NCBI GenBank assembly: GCA_052039025.1
Contig: JBQGDK010000174.1
Coordinates: 1 to 42,582, forward strand
Length of the DNA stretch: 42,582 nt
Direction of reading: 5' to 3'
From: Actinomycetota bacterium
Lineage (GTDB): Bacteria > Actinomycetota > UBA4738 > CALAEC01
The notes beneath the pieces were generated by a model. That model saw only the letters and a list, made by a program, of their open reading frames with translations. It was not told the DNA's origin and did no database searches. Shown piece after piece: positions 35,190-42,582 of the stretch. The first letter of the stretch is position 1. Every line of letters begins with the position of its first letter. Position numbers and translations under genes: made by a program.

Positions 35190-36238
35190 CAGCCCAGCAG
35201 CCTGCCCACGACCTCGGGCCAGGTGGGCACGGCCCGCTCGATCGCGGCCCGGCCCTCCGCGCCGAGCTCCCCGGCCCCGGCCTGGTCGGCGGCCAGCCGG
35301 TCGAACGCCGACGCGATCGCTCGCGGCTTCGGCTGGACCACGAAACCCGTGGCGCCGTCGCGGACGAACTCGAGGGGACCACCGCTGTCGCTGGTGACGA
35401 CCACCGGCCGCCGGGCGGCCATGGCCTCCTGGGTGACGTAGCCGAAGTCCTCGTCGTACGGCCCGTAGTACACGGCCAGCGCGCCACGGTAGAGGTCGAG
35501 GAGGCGCTCCTCGCTCACGTGTCCGGCCAGCTCGACGCGGCCGTCGAGGTCGGCGCGCTCGACCTGCCGGCGGAGCGCCCCCTCCTCCGGGCCGGTGCCC
35601 ACCAGCACCAGCCGGACCTCGTGGCGGACGTGGCGCATCGCCTCGACGGCCAGCGACTGTCGCTTGATCGGGTCCAGCCGGCTCGGGAACAGGACGTAGT
35701 CGCCGGGAGGGACGGCGTCCATGCCCAGCAGCGCCTCGCACAGCGACGAGCGATGGTACAGGACCTCCGCGGGCATGCCGAGGCTGCGCCATAGCCGGTC
35801 CCGCACGTTCGCGGAGTTCGTGAAGATCCGCTTGGCCTCGCCGAGGGCGATCCGGTCCGCCCGGTGGATCAGCTCGCGGACGGCCTCGCCCTCGTCGTGG
35901 TGGGAGATGTCGCCGAACTGGGGGTGGTCCCACAGCTCGTACGCGGTGCGGTGCTGGTGGATCAGCCACACCACCTTGTGCTCGTGCGGCACCAGGTACG
36001 AGGGGAACCGGAGCCCGATCACCATGTCCACGGGCTGGCCGTGGGTCTCGCTCAGGTCGAGGCTCCGCCACATCGCCATCTGATGGACGAGCTCGGCCGG
36101 CGGGTACCACTTGAACGGGATCGACAGGATGTCGGCCTCGTGCCCGGCCACGCGAAGCGCCCGGGTCAGGCTCTCCGTGTGCATCTCCGCGCCCCCCCTG
36201 GCGAAGGGGGTCTGCGGATGGCAGACCGCGATCCTCAC
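35189..36238 (-). CDS. Glycosyltransferase family 4 (GT-B)
   Basis: VRIAVCHPQTPFARGGAE..., a C-terminal half with FPSRLDPIKR, and E-x7-E (EDFGYVTQEAM). GTG 36238 forms a GTGA overlap with the upstream coiled-coil ORF. Confidence 0.88.
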   Translation of the reverse strand: MRIAVCHPQTPFARGGAEMHTESLTRALRVAGHEADILSIPFKWYPPAELVHQMAMWRSLDLSETHGQPVDMVIGLRFPSYLVPHEHKVVWLIHQHRTAYELWDHPQFGDISHHDEGEAVRELIHRADRIALGEAKRIFTNSANVRDRLWRSLGMPAEVLYHRSSLCEALLGMDAVPPGDYVLFPSRLDPIKRQSLAVEAMRHVRHEVRLVLVGTGPEEGALRRQVERADLDGRVELAGHVSEERLLDLYRGALAVYYGPYDEDFGYVTQEAMAARRPVVVTSDSGGPLEFVRDGATGFVVQPKPRAIASAFDRLAADQAGAGELGAEGRAAIERAVPTWPEVVGRLLG

Positions 36239-36636
36239 GGGCGACCGCGTCGGCCCCGCGGTGCGGCCTCGGCCGGCTCGGTGAGCCTGGCCAGCTCCTC
36301 GCGGAGTCGGTTCGTCTCGGCCTCGAGCTGGAGCACGCAGTCGGCCAGGGTCACCTGGACCGCGGCGAGCTCGGCGGCCAGCCGGTCGTACCGGCGGGTG
36401 ATCGGACGGAGCATCCGGTGGAGGACGATCTTGAACCGCCGCCTTGTCCCGCTCCCCGAGGCCAGGCTGGGATCCCCCCACGGGGCCGCCTGGGCCGCGT
36501 CCCGGCGGAGCCGCTGCAGGAGGCGGTCGGCGGCCACCCGGGCCTGCTGCGCCTTGGTGGCGGCGTCGCCGTCCTCGCCACCGAGCCAGTACAGCTCCCG
36601 CTCCAGGCCCTCGCGCGCTCGCTCCGTCTCCGACAC
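36235..36636 (-). CDS. Hypothetical coiled-coil protein
   Basis: GTG 36636 has a GGAGG SD 7 nt upstream. 133 aa, Arg/Glu/Leu-rich with heptad-like segments (LAAELAAVQVTLADCVLQLEAETNRLREELARL). The track ORF (to 36840) overlaps the neighbouring small ORF. Confidence 0.55.
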   Translation of the reverse strand: MSETERAREGLERELYWLGGEDGDAATKAQQARVAADRLLQRLRRDAAQAAPWGDPSLASGSGTRRRFKIVLHRMLRPITRRYDRLAAELAAVQVTLADCVLQLEAETNRLREELARLTEPAEAAPRGRRGRP

Positions 36637-36674
36637 GTCAGCACCTCCGGGTCCACCAAAGGATAGACGGTCGG

Positions 36675-36920
36675 TCAGTCCCAGACCCGCTCCAGATGCC
36701 AACGGCCGCCCTGGCGGTCGTGATACAGGTCGAACACCGCGCCGCCCCGAGCCTCGACCCGCCAGTACTCCCGGTCCCGGCCCTCGGCCCACCACCGACC
36801 CTCGATCCGCCACCGGCCGATCACGTCGGCCACCAGCCACCGCCGTCCCCGCCAGGAGAAGGCCGCCGGCATCCCGGCGTCCCGCTCGACCTCCACCTCC
36901 TGGTCGTAGCGCTTGGACAA
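36675..36920 (-). CDS. 81-aa Trp/Arg-rich protein of unknown function behind a LexA box
   Basis: TTG start with GGAGGA SD. Sequence is MSKRYDQEVEVERDAGMPAAFSWRGRRWLVADVIGRWRIEGRWWAEGRDREYWRVEARGGAVFDLYHDRQGGRWHLERVWD. No TM. I half-remember a small actinobacterial DUF with this pattern (possibly DUF6504) but cannot verify it. Confidence 0.6.
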   Translation of the reverse strand: MSKRYDQEVEVERDAGMPAAFSWRGRRWLVADVIGRWRIEGRWWAEGRDREYWRVEARGGAVFDLYHDRQGGRWHLERVWD

Positions 36921-36935
36921 CGGCTCCTCCGGGAC

Positions 36936-36982
36936 TCGAACGTATGTTCGATACGGTAGCGCCGGGCCGGGGCGCCTGTCAA
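36936..36982 (-). promoter_or_regulatory. Second SOS promoter (LexA box plus -35/-10), with the dnaE2 promoter's layout
   Basis: On the gene strand: TTGACA (36982-36977), 18 nt, TACCGT (36958-36953), then TCGAACATACGTTCGA (plus-strand TCGAACGTATGTTCGA, 36936-36951), 15 nt upstream of TTG 36920. Confidence 0.7.
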
Positions 36983-37028
36983 GGCCGGTATGATGCCCCC
37001 GGCCGCCCGCTCACCGTCCAGGAGCAGC

Positions 37029-37337
37029 ATGCGAGAGGGGAACCCCCAGGACGAGCTCGAGGCCGTCCGCGAGGCCTATCGGACCCAGGTCCGGCGATCC
37101 GCGGCCGGCCGGTCCCGGATGGCCGATCGGGTGGCCGAGGCCGAGCGCCGCCACCGCGAGTACCGGACGTGGGCCGAGCGCCGGATCGACGACCTCGAGC
37201 GGGAGAACGAGGTCCTCCGGCGCGAGGTCGTGGGCAGGGAGGGCGAGCTCCGGAGCGTCCTCAACACGAAGACGTTCCGCTACACCACCGGCCTGCGGAA
37301 CGCCTACGGGCGGGTCCGGTCGCTGTTCCGCCGGTGA
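37029..37337 (+). CDS. Hypothetical coiled-coil protein
   Basis: ATG 37029 has an AGGAG SD. 102 aa with ERRHREYRTWAERRIDDLERENEVLRREVVGREGELRSV, then TFRYTTGLRNAYGRVRSLFRR. Its stop overlaps the GT2 start (GTGA). Confidence 0.55.
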   Translation: MREGNPQDELEAVREAYRTQVRRSAAGRSRMADRVAEAERRHREYRTWAERRIDDLERENEVLRREVVGREGELRSVLNTKTFRYTTGLRNAYGRVRSLFRR

Positions 37338-38542
37338 GCGTCCTCGCCCTCCCCCGGCCGGACCGCCCCCTCGTCTCGGTGGTCATGGTCACGTTCGGCG
37401 GCTGGGGTCTCACCCGCCGCGCCCTGGAGGCCCTGGTCGAGCACACCGCGCTGCCGTTCGAGGTCGTCATCGTCGACAACCCCACCCCCGAGGACGTGGC
37501 CGCCCGCCTCCGCGAGGAGATCACCGGCGCCGAGGTGCTCGAGAACGACCGCAACGAGGGGTTTGGCCCGGCCGCGAACCGGGCCGCCGATCGGGCCGGC
37601 GGGGAGCTCGTGCTGTTCCTCAACACGGACACGCTGGTCGGCCCCGGCTGGCTCGAGCCGCTCGTCGAGAGCCTCACCTCGGACCCCGAGATCGCCGCGG
37701 CGGTCCCGATGTTCCTGAACGAGGATCGGACGGTTCAGGAGGCCGGGGGGCTCCTGTTCGAGGACGCCTCCACGCTGATGTACGGGTTCGGGGACTCCCC
37801 CGCCGAGCCCGCGTACCGGTTCCGACGGACCATCGACTACGGCTCCGCGGCCTGCCTGCTGCTGCGACGACGGGACTTCCTCGACGCCGGTGGGTTCGAT
37901 CCGGCCTTCGTACCGGCGTACTGCGAGGACGTCGACCTGCAGCTGCGGATGCGTGAGCGCGGGCGGCGAACCGTGTACGAGCCCCGCTCCGCGGTGGTCC
38001 ACGCGCGGTTCGGCTCGAGCGGGCTCGACGAGCGAGCCGCGGCCACGCTCGTCGAGAAGCACGCGGCGATCCTCCGCGAACGATGGGGGCACGTCCTGGC
38101 CGAGCGGCCGCCCCGCCCGGAGGCCGGCGTCCCCGAGCACGCCCACCGGGTGCTGGCCGCCCGGGACGCGGAGGCGCCGGTCCGGATCCTCCTGGCGGCG
38201 CCCTCGGCCCCCGCCGAGGTCCTCGATGCGCTCGCCGAGCGCCACCCCGCGGGCCGGATCACGTTCCTGGCCACCGGGGAGGCGCCGGACGTCGACCGGC
38301 TCGGCGCCGCGGGGGTCGAGGCCGCCGGCCCGCTCGAGGCACCCGAGGCCTGGCTGCGGGACCGGCGGTTCCACTACACGGCCGTGATGGCCGTGGCGGC
38401 CGACCCCGGCGAGTCGCTGGCCGCGGCGTTCCAGGAGCACCAGCCCCAGGCCCCGTTCCTCCGGTGCGCCGGGGCCTCGGAGATCGACGCGGCGCTGTCT
38501 CGCGCCGGCGTGCTCCCCGAGCGCCTCTCGGGGCAGCCCTGA
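37334..38542 (+). CDS. Glycosyltransferase family 2 (GT-A) with a C-terminal extension
   Basis: VSVVMVTFGG...FEVVIVDNPTPED...NEGFGPAANRAA...LFLNTDTLVGPGWLEPL...YCEDVDLQLRMRERG, followed by about 130 aa I could not assign. Confidence 0.88.
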   Translation: MSVLALPRPDRPLVSVVMVTFGGWGLTRRALEALVEHTALPFEVVIVDNPTPEDVAARLREEITGAEVLENDRNEGFGPAANRAADRAGGELVLFLNTDTLVGPGWLEPLVESLTSDPEIAAAVPMFLNEDRTVQEAGGLLFEDASTLMYGFGDSPAEPAYRFRRTIDYGSAACLLLRRRDFLDAGGFDPAFVPAYCEDVDLQLRMRERGRRTVYEPRSAVVHARFGSSGLDERAAATLVEKHAAILRERWGHVLAERPPRPEAGVPEHAHRVLAARDAEAPVRILLAAPSAPAEVLDALAERHPAGRITFLATGEAPDVDRLGAAGVEAAGPLEAPEAWLRDRRFHYTAVMAVAADPGESLAAAFQEHQPQAPFLRCAGASEIDAALSRAGVLPERLSGQP

Positions 38543-38591
38543 GGCATCGGCTACACTCTTCCGCCGTGCTGGCTCGGACCCTCGCTCGAAC

Positions 38592-40223
38592 GTGATCGTC
38601 CGGCGACTCGTCCTCCTGTGCCTCGTGGTGGCTGCCGCGTGCACATCGAACGCCTCGTCGAACGAGCCTCAGCCCGACGGGGTCTCTTCGCCGGCGTCCC
38701 CTCCTCCCTCCCCCGGCGAGGTGGCCACGGGCCGGTTCGCCGATCTCGCCTGCGGCCTGCCGCGCGTCCAGCTCGAGCGGATCCGCAACGGCTACATCAC
38801 CGGGAAGTCCGGCGAGATCCAGTTCGTGCTGCGCCCGCCCCACTACTTCGGCCTGTGGTCCCACTCGGGGCCGTGGAACTACCTGCAGCGCGTCCCGTTC
38901 TTCTTCTACGGGCCCGGCCACGTCCCCCCCGTCGGCGAGATCGACCGGCCGGTGACGATGCCGGACCTCGCGCCGACCCTGGCCCGGCACCTCGGCTTCG
39001 AGTTCGACGCCCCCGACGGCCGGGCCCTCGAGGAGGCCGTCGCCGGGAACCCGGACCCGCCGAGGCTGATCCTCTTGGTGGTGTGGGACGGCGGCGGGCG
39101 CAACGTCATGGACGAGTATCCGCAGGCGTGGCAGCCGCTGGCCCGCCTGGTCCCTCGGGGGGCGTGGTTCGAGCGCGCCACCGTGGGGTCATCCCCCTCG
39201 GTCACCCCGGCGATCCACGCCAGCATGGGGACCGGGGCGTACCCGAAGACGCACGGCGTGCTCGACCTGCGGATCCGAGACGGCGACCGGCTGGTCGGTC
39301 CGATCCTGTCGGGACCGGGCTACATGCAGAACCCCACGCTGGCCGACGAGTTCGACCGCGCCAACGGGAACGACCCCGTGGTCGGGTTCATCGCGTCGGA
39401 GCCGGCGCTCGGGATGATGGGACACGGCTCGTACCTCGAGGGCGCCGATGCCGACCTGGCGCTGGGCCAGCGCGCCGGCATCTGGGGGCTCACCCCCGAG
39501 AACCTGGAGTTCTTCCGGTTCGAGGAGTGGGTCAACGACATCCCGGGGCTCGAGGAGGAGGTGCGGGGCCTCGACCTCCAGGACGGCGCCCTCGACGGCG
39601 TGTGGCTCCAGCACCCCCTGGAGACCCCCGACGACATCCTTCACACGCCCGCGTACGCCCGGTACCAGACCGGCGTGATCCGCGAGGTGATGCGACGGGA
39701 GGGGTTCGGCCAGGACGACGTCCCCGACCTGCTGTTCACGAACTACAAGCAGATCGACAAGATGGGCCACCGGTGGAGCTTCCCGAGCCCCCAGATGGAG
39801 GCCGTGGTCCGGTCCAGCGCTGAGGAGTTCGTCGCGCTGACACGGCTGCTCGACCGGGAGGTCGGGGAGGGCGAATGGGTGATGGCCCTGACGGCCGATC
39901 ACGGGTCGACGCCCAACCTGCCGGACGCGTTCATGATCGACCAGGGGACCCTGCAGGACGACATCAACGCGGCGTTCGACACCGACGGAGACGACGTCAA
40001 CGTGCTCCAGAGCTTCCGGGTGACCCAGCTGTGGATCAACCTGGCCGAGCTCGAGGAGCAGGGACACACCCTCGAGGACATCGCGGACTTCCTGATGAGT
40101 TACACCCCGGCGGACAACGCGGCGGACCCCTCGGCGGTCCCCGAGCCGTTGCGGGACGAGCGGCTGTTCCGGGCCGCGTTCCCCGGGGCGATCCTCGACG
40201 CGCTGCGGTGCGCCGAGGGCTGA
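38592..40223 (+). CDS. Alkaline-phosphatase-superfamily (type I phosphodiesterase/NPP-like) probable lipoprotein
   Basis: Signal plus lipobox-like LVLLCLVVAAAC. Metal/nucleophile motifs VVWDGGGRN, SSPSVTPAIHASMGTGAYPKTHG, YKQIDKMGHRWS and LTADHG. Confidence 0.8.
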   Translation: MIVRRLVLLCLVVAAACTSNASSNEPQPDGVSSPASPPPSPGEVATGRFADLACGLPRVQLERIRNGYITGKSGEIQFVLRPPHYFGLWSHSGPWNYLQRVPFFFYGPGHVPPVGEIDRPVTMPDLAPTLARHLGFEFDAPDGRALEEAVAGNPDPPRLILLVVWDGGGRNVMDEYPQAWQPLARLVPRGAWFERATVGSSPSVTPAIHASMGTGAYPKTHGVLDLRIRDGDRLVGPILSGPGYMQNPTLADEFDRANGNDPVVGFIASEPALGMMGHGSYLEGADADLALGQRAGIWGLTPENLEFFRFEEWVNDIPGLEEEVRGLDLQDGALDGVWLQHPLETPDDILHTPAYARYQTGVIREVMRREGFGQDDVPDLLFTNYKQIDKMGHRWSFPSPQMEAVVRSSAEEFVALTRLLDREVGEGEWVMALTADHGSTPNLPDAFMIDQGTLQDDINAAFDTDGDDVNVLQSFRVTQLWINLAELEEQGHTLEDIADFLMSYTPADNAADPSAVPEPLRDERLFRAAFPGAILDALRCAEG

Positions 40224-40237
40224 GCGAGGAGGAAGGG

Positions 40238-42582
40238 ATGGGAGCGACCGACCTGCACGCCCCGGAGACGCCGGCCCGGCCCGGCACCCCGGCCTCACGG
40301 CTCCAGGCGCTGGGCGGACGCCCGATCGTGGGCATCCTGGTGGTGACGGCCGTGGCGCTGGCCATGGGGTGGCAGTTCATCACCGACGCCTCGCGCGCCG
40401 TGCCGGCCTTCGACACCGCCTACTACCAGTGGCGGGTCGAGTACCTGATGAACGAGGAGCCCGGAGCGATGATCGAGCTCCGGGGCGCGGTCGGCTCGCT
40501 GGCCGGTGGCTACCGGATCGCCGAGCCCGTGTTGGCCGCGGCGATGCGCACGGTCGGGGGGGTCGACGCCGCCGTGCCCACGGTGATCCTCTCCATCTTC
40601 TTCCGGATCCTGGCCGGAGCGGCCATGGCCGCGTTCGCCTGGAAGCACCGCCGCAACTGGCTCCTGTTCTACCTGACGCTCGTGGCCGTCCCGGCGCTGT
40701 TCCTCCTCCAACGGTTCTTCGGCTACATGGACAACTTCATGTCGCTGGCGCTCCTCGGCGGCGTGCTGCTGCTGATGGACCGGATGCAGGACTCGTGGGG
40801 CGCGCGGGTGGCGGCAACAGTGTTCATGTTCCTGGCCGGGCTCAGCCACCCCACCACGCTGGCGATCTTCCTGCTGGCCATGGGCGCGGTGACCGGGTAC
40901 CGGTTCCTGCGCGAGCGCTCCCTGCTGGCGGCGCTGCGCTCGGAGGGCATGATCATCGTCACCGGCACGGTCGCGGTGATCATGACCGCCGCGTTCTGGC
41001 TCGGCGGGCTCTGGGGCCCGCGCTCGTCGTTCAGCGACGCCGCCGTCCCGCCCCCGGCCGACGTCGACTACTTCGTGACCCGCAGCCTCAGCGTGCTGAA
41101 GAGCCTGGAGCCGTTCTACCCGCTGTTGATCCTGGTCCCTCTGATGGCCCTGGGGCTCATCCACCTCCTGATCAGGGTGGTCCGGCGGAAGGAGTACTTC
41201 GCGGAGCTGACGGTCGGGTGGACGCTCCCGCTCCTGGGGATGCTCGGCTTCGTGATCGGGGCGGCGTACCCCTATTTCCGCTTCTTCAACGCCACTCTGG
41301 CCCCCGAGCTGCTGGCCTCGGTGGGCCTGTTCCTGGTGATCTGGGGCGCCACGAAGCTGGGGACCATGCGCCAGGTGGCCACGGTGGTGGCCGTGGTCGT
41401 GGTGGGCTTCGTCCTGGCGACATGGTGGTCCCGGGGGCTGTCGGCGTGGAACGCCGGCGGCACCTGGCTGACCCCCGAGGTGCGGGAGACCACCGCCGCG
41501 GCCTCGGCGTACCTGCGAGCCACGCCTGATGACGAGGCCGCGTTGTTCGTAGTCGACGCCCAGGGATCGGCCCCGCTCCCGTACGGGGAGTACAAGAACT
41601 TCGCGAACGCGATCTACGCCGGGATCGAGGGCGACCAGATCGACGACGTGGCGATCTACTACGGGACGATCGAGGACCTCGAGGCCGGACGGGCCAGCAC
41701 GTTCGACGACGAGGTCTACAACGACGTCGCCGCCGACACGGCCGACGAAGCGCTCCCCGTCCTGGAGGGCGACCGAAACGTCGCGGTGCTCATGCCCGCG
41801 ATCATGAACGAGGAGACCACGAACGCCGACTTCCTGGCCTCGTGCGATGCGTCGACGTGCGTCGAGGTCGGCGACACCGGGCTGTTCGTCCTGCCCGAGG
41901 TCGGGGGCTCGCCGGTGGACGAGGAGGCGGTCGGCGCGGCCGCGGCCCGGGCCGGCGAGGCTCGTTCGTTCGCCCAGGATCCCCCGGGGCCGTTCAGCGG
42001 GCTCGGTGGGACGATCCTGTCCTTCCTCCGGCTGATCTTGCTCCTGGTGGTGCCGGGATGGCTGTTCTACCGGCGGCTCGACCGGCGGTCCTGGCCCGAG
42101 GCCCTGGCGCTGATCCCGCTGTTCTCGGTGGCCGCGGTGACCACCGCCGGCGTGCTCCTGGTGGCGATCCTCCGGGGGCCGTTCACGCCGGCGGTCGGGT
42201 GGATCTCGTGGGCGATCGCGGTCGCCGTGGCGTTGTTCTGGCGGCCGCCCGAGGCGCTCCGGCGGCGGCGCGACCGGATCGTGGCGGTGCCGGCCCGGAT
42301 CATCGACGACGCCTCGGAGCTGTTCCGCAACCGCCACTTCACCGCGCTCATGGGTGCGCAGTGGCTGGGACAGATGGCGGACGGGCTGGTGGCCACGGCG
42401 CTGGCCAAGCTGATCACGTTCGGCGGGGCCGCGGGGTTCGACCCGGAGTCGGCCCGCACACCGCGCGAGGCCCTGCTCGTCGTCCTGCTGACCTTCCTCC
42501 CGTACACGCTGTTCAGCCCGTTCGTCGGCGTGCTGATCGACCGGTGGGACCGGCGGCGGCTGCTGATCGGGGCGAACGCGCT
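40238..42582 (+). CDS. Polytopic membrane protein (GT-C-like architecture) continuing in frame into an MFS transporter domain; 3-prime end off the window
   Basis: Absent from the track because it has no stop in the window. ATG 40238 has a GAGGAGGAAGGG SD. I checked all 781 codons row by row and found no stop. About 10 TMs, a roughly 190-aa acidic soluble domain, 3 more TMs, then an MFS N-terminus (FRNRHFTALMGAQWLGQMADGL...SPFVGVLIDRWDRRRLLIGANA). Confidence 0.75.
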   Translation, partial: MGATDLHAPETPARPGTPASRLQALGGRPIVGILVVTAVALAMGWQFITDASRAVPAFDTAYYQWRVEYLMNEEPGAMIELRGAVGSLAGGYRIAEPVLAAAMRTVGGVDAAVPTVILSIFFRILAGAAMAAFAWKHRRNWLLFYLTLVAVPALFLLQRFFGYMDNFMSLALLGGVLLLMDRMQDSWGARVAATVFMFLAGLSHPTTLAIFLLAMGAVTGYRFLRERSLLAALRSEGMIIVTGTVAVIMTAAFWLGGLWGPRSSFSDAAVPPPADVDYFVTRSLSVLKSLEPFYPLLILVPLMALGLIHLLIRVVRRKEYFAELTVGWTLPLLGMLGFVIGAAYPYFRFFNATLAPELLASVGLFLVIWGATKLGTMRQVATVVAVVVVGFVLATWWSRGLSAWNAGGTWLTPEVRETTAAASAYLRATPDDEAALFVVDAQGSAPLPYGEYKNFANAIYAGIEGDQIDDVAIYYGTIEDLEAGRASTFDDEVYNDVAADTADEALPVLEGDRNVAVLMPAIMNEETTNADFLASCDASTCVEVGDTGLFVLPEVGGSPVDEEAVGAAAARAGEARSFAQDPPGPFSGLGGTILSFLRLILLLVVPGWLFYRRLDRRSWPEALALIPLFSVAAVTTAGVLLVAILRGPFTPAVGWISWAIAVAVALFWRPPEALRRRRDRIVAVPARIIDDASELFRNRHFTALMGAQWLGQMADGLVATALAKLITFGGAAGFDPESARTPREALLVVLLTFLPYTLFSPFVGVLIDRWDRRRLLIGANA

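Noticed and set aside
38586-38601. LexA-box-like TCGAACGTGATCGTCC overlapping the start of the AP-family lipoprotein gene.
   Set aside because: Only the left half-site matches. The right half (TCGTCC) does not match GTTCGA.
1-42582. Search by eye for tRNA, rRNA, CRISPR arrays, IS elements/transposases, integrases and long repeats.
   Set aside because: The intergenic spaces are all under 170 bp and show no tRNA-like arms or spaced direct repeats. No transposase or integrase motifs appeared in any credible ORF. The only long-range repeat noticed is the pair of SOS promoters. A computational scan (tRNAscan-SE, Infernal, repeat finders) is still needed to be sure.

Overview
Very GC-rich, Actinomycetota-like chromosomal window (GC judged by eye, not computed). 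All calls come from motif recognition and hand translation; no homology search was run. (1) Positions 1-18400, minus strand: a complete, tightly packed division/cell-wall (dcw) cluster, mraZ-(36-aa ORF)-rsmH-ftsL-ftsI-murE-murF-mraY-murD-ftsW::murG-murC-murB-ftsQ-ftsZ-pgeF-yggS-sepF-yggT-divIVA. Most junctions are 4-nt GTGA/ATGA stop/start overlaps. ftsW and murG form one uninterrupted reading frame. (2) 18.4-25.4 kb: HNH endonuclease, crotonase, a MoxR / DUF58 / transglutaminase trio, a MerR regulator and a DUF3040 protein. (3) 25.4-31.4 kb, minus strand: a LexA-box-controlled operon dnaE2-MFS-dinB with no imuA/imuB nearby. (4) 31.4-42.6 kb: an envelope/secreted-protein region holding an RTX-type Ca-binding protein, a lipoprotein, a Tat phosphoesterase, two divergent 'coiled-coil protein + glycosyltransferase' modules, an alkaline-phosphatase-superfamily lipoprotein, and a long polytopic membrane ORF that runs in frame into an MFS domain and off the window. 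A second SOS promoter with almost the same architecture as the dnaE2 promoter sits in front of an 81-aa Trp/Arg-rich ORF heading one glycosyltransferase module. The track picks the longest ORF, so many entries are antisense shadow ORFs or carry false N-terminal extensions; I trimmed starts to stop/start overlaps or Shine-Dalgarno (SD)-supported codons. Two real genes that run off the window edges (divIVA, and the last membrane/MFS ORF) are missing from the track. I saw no rRNA, tRNA, CRISPR array or transposase.
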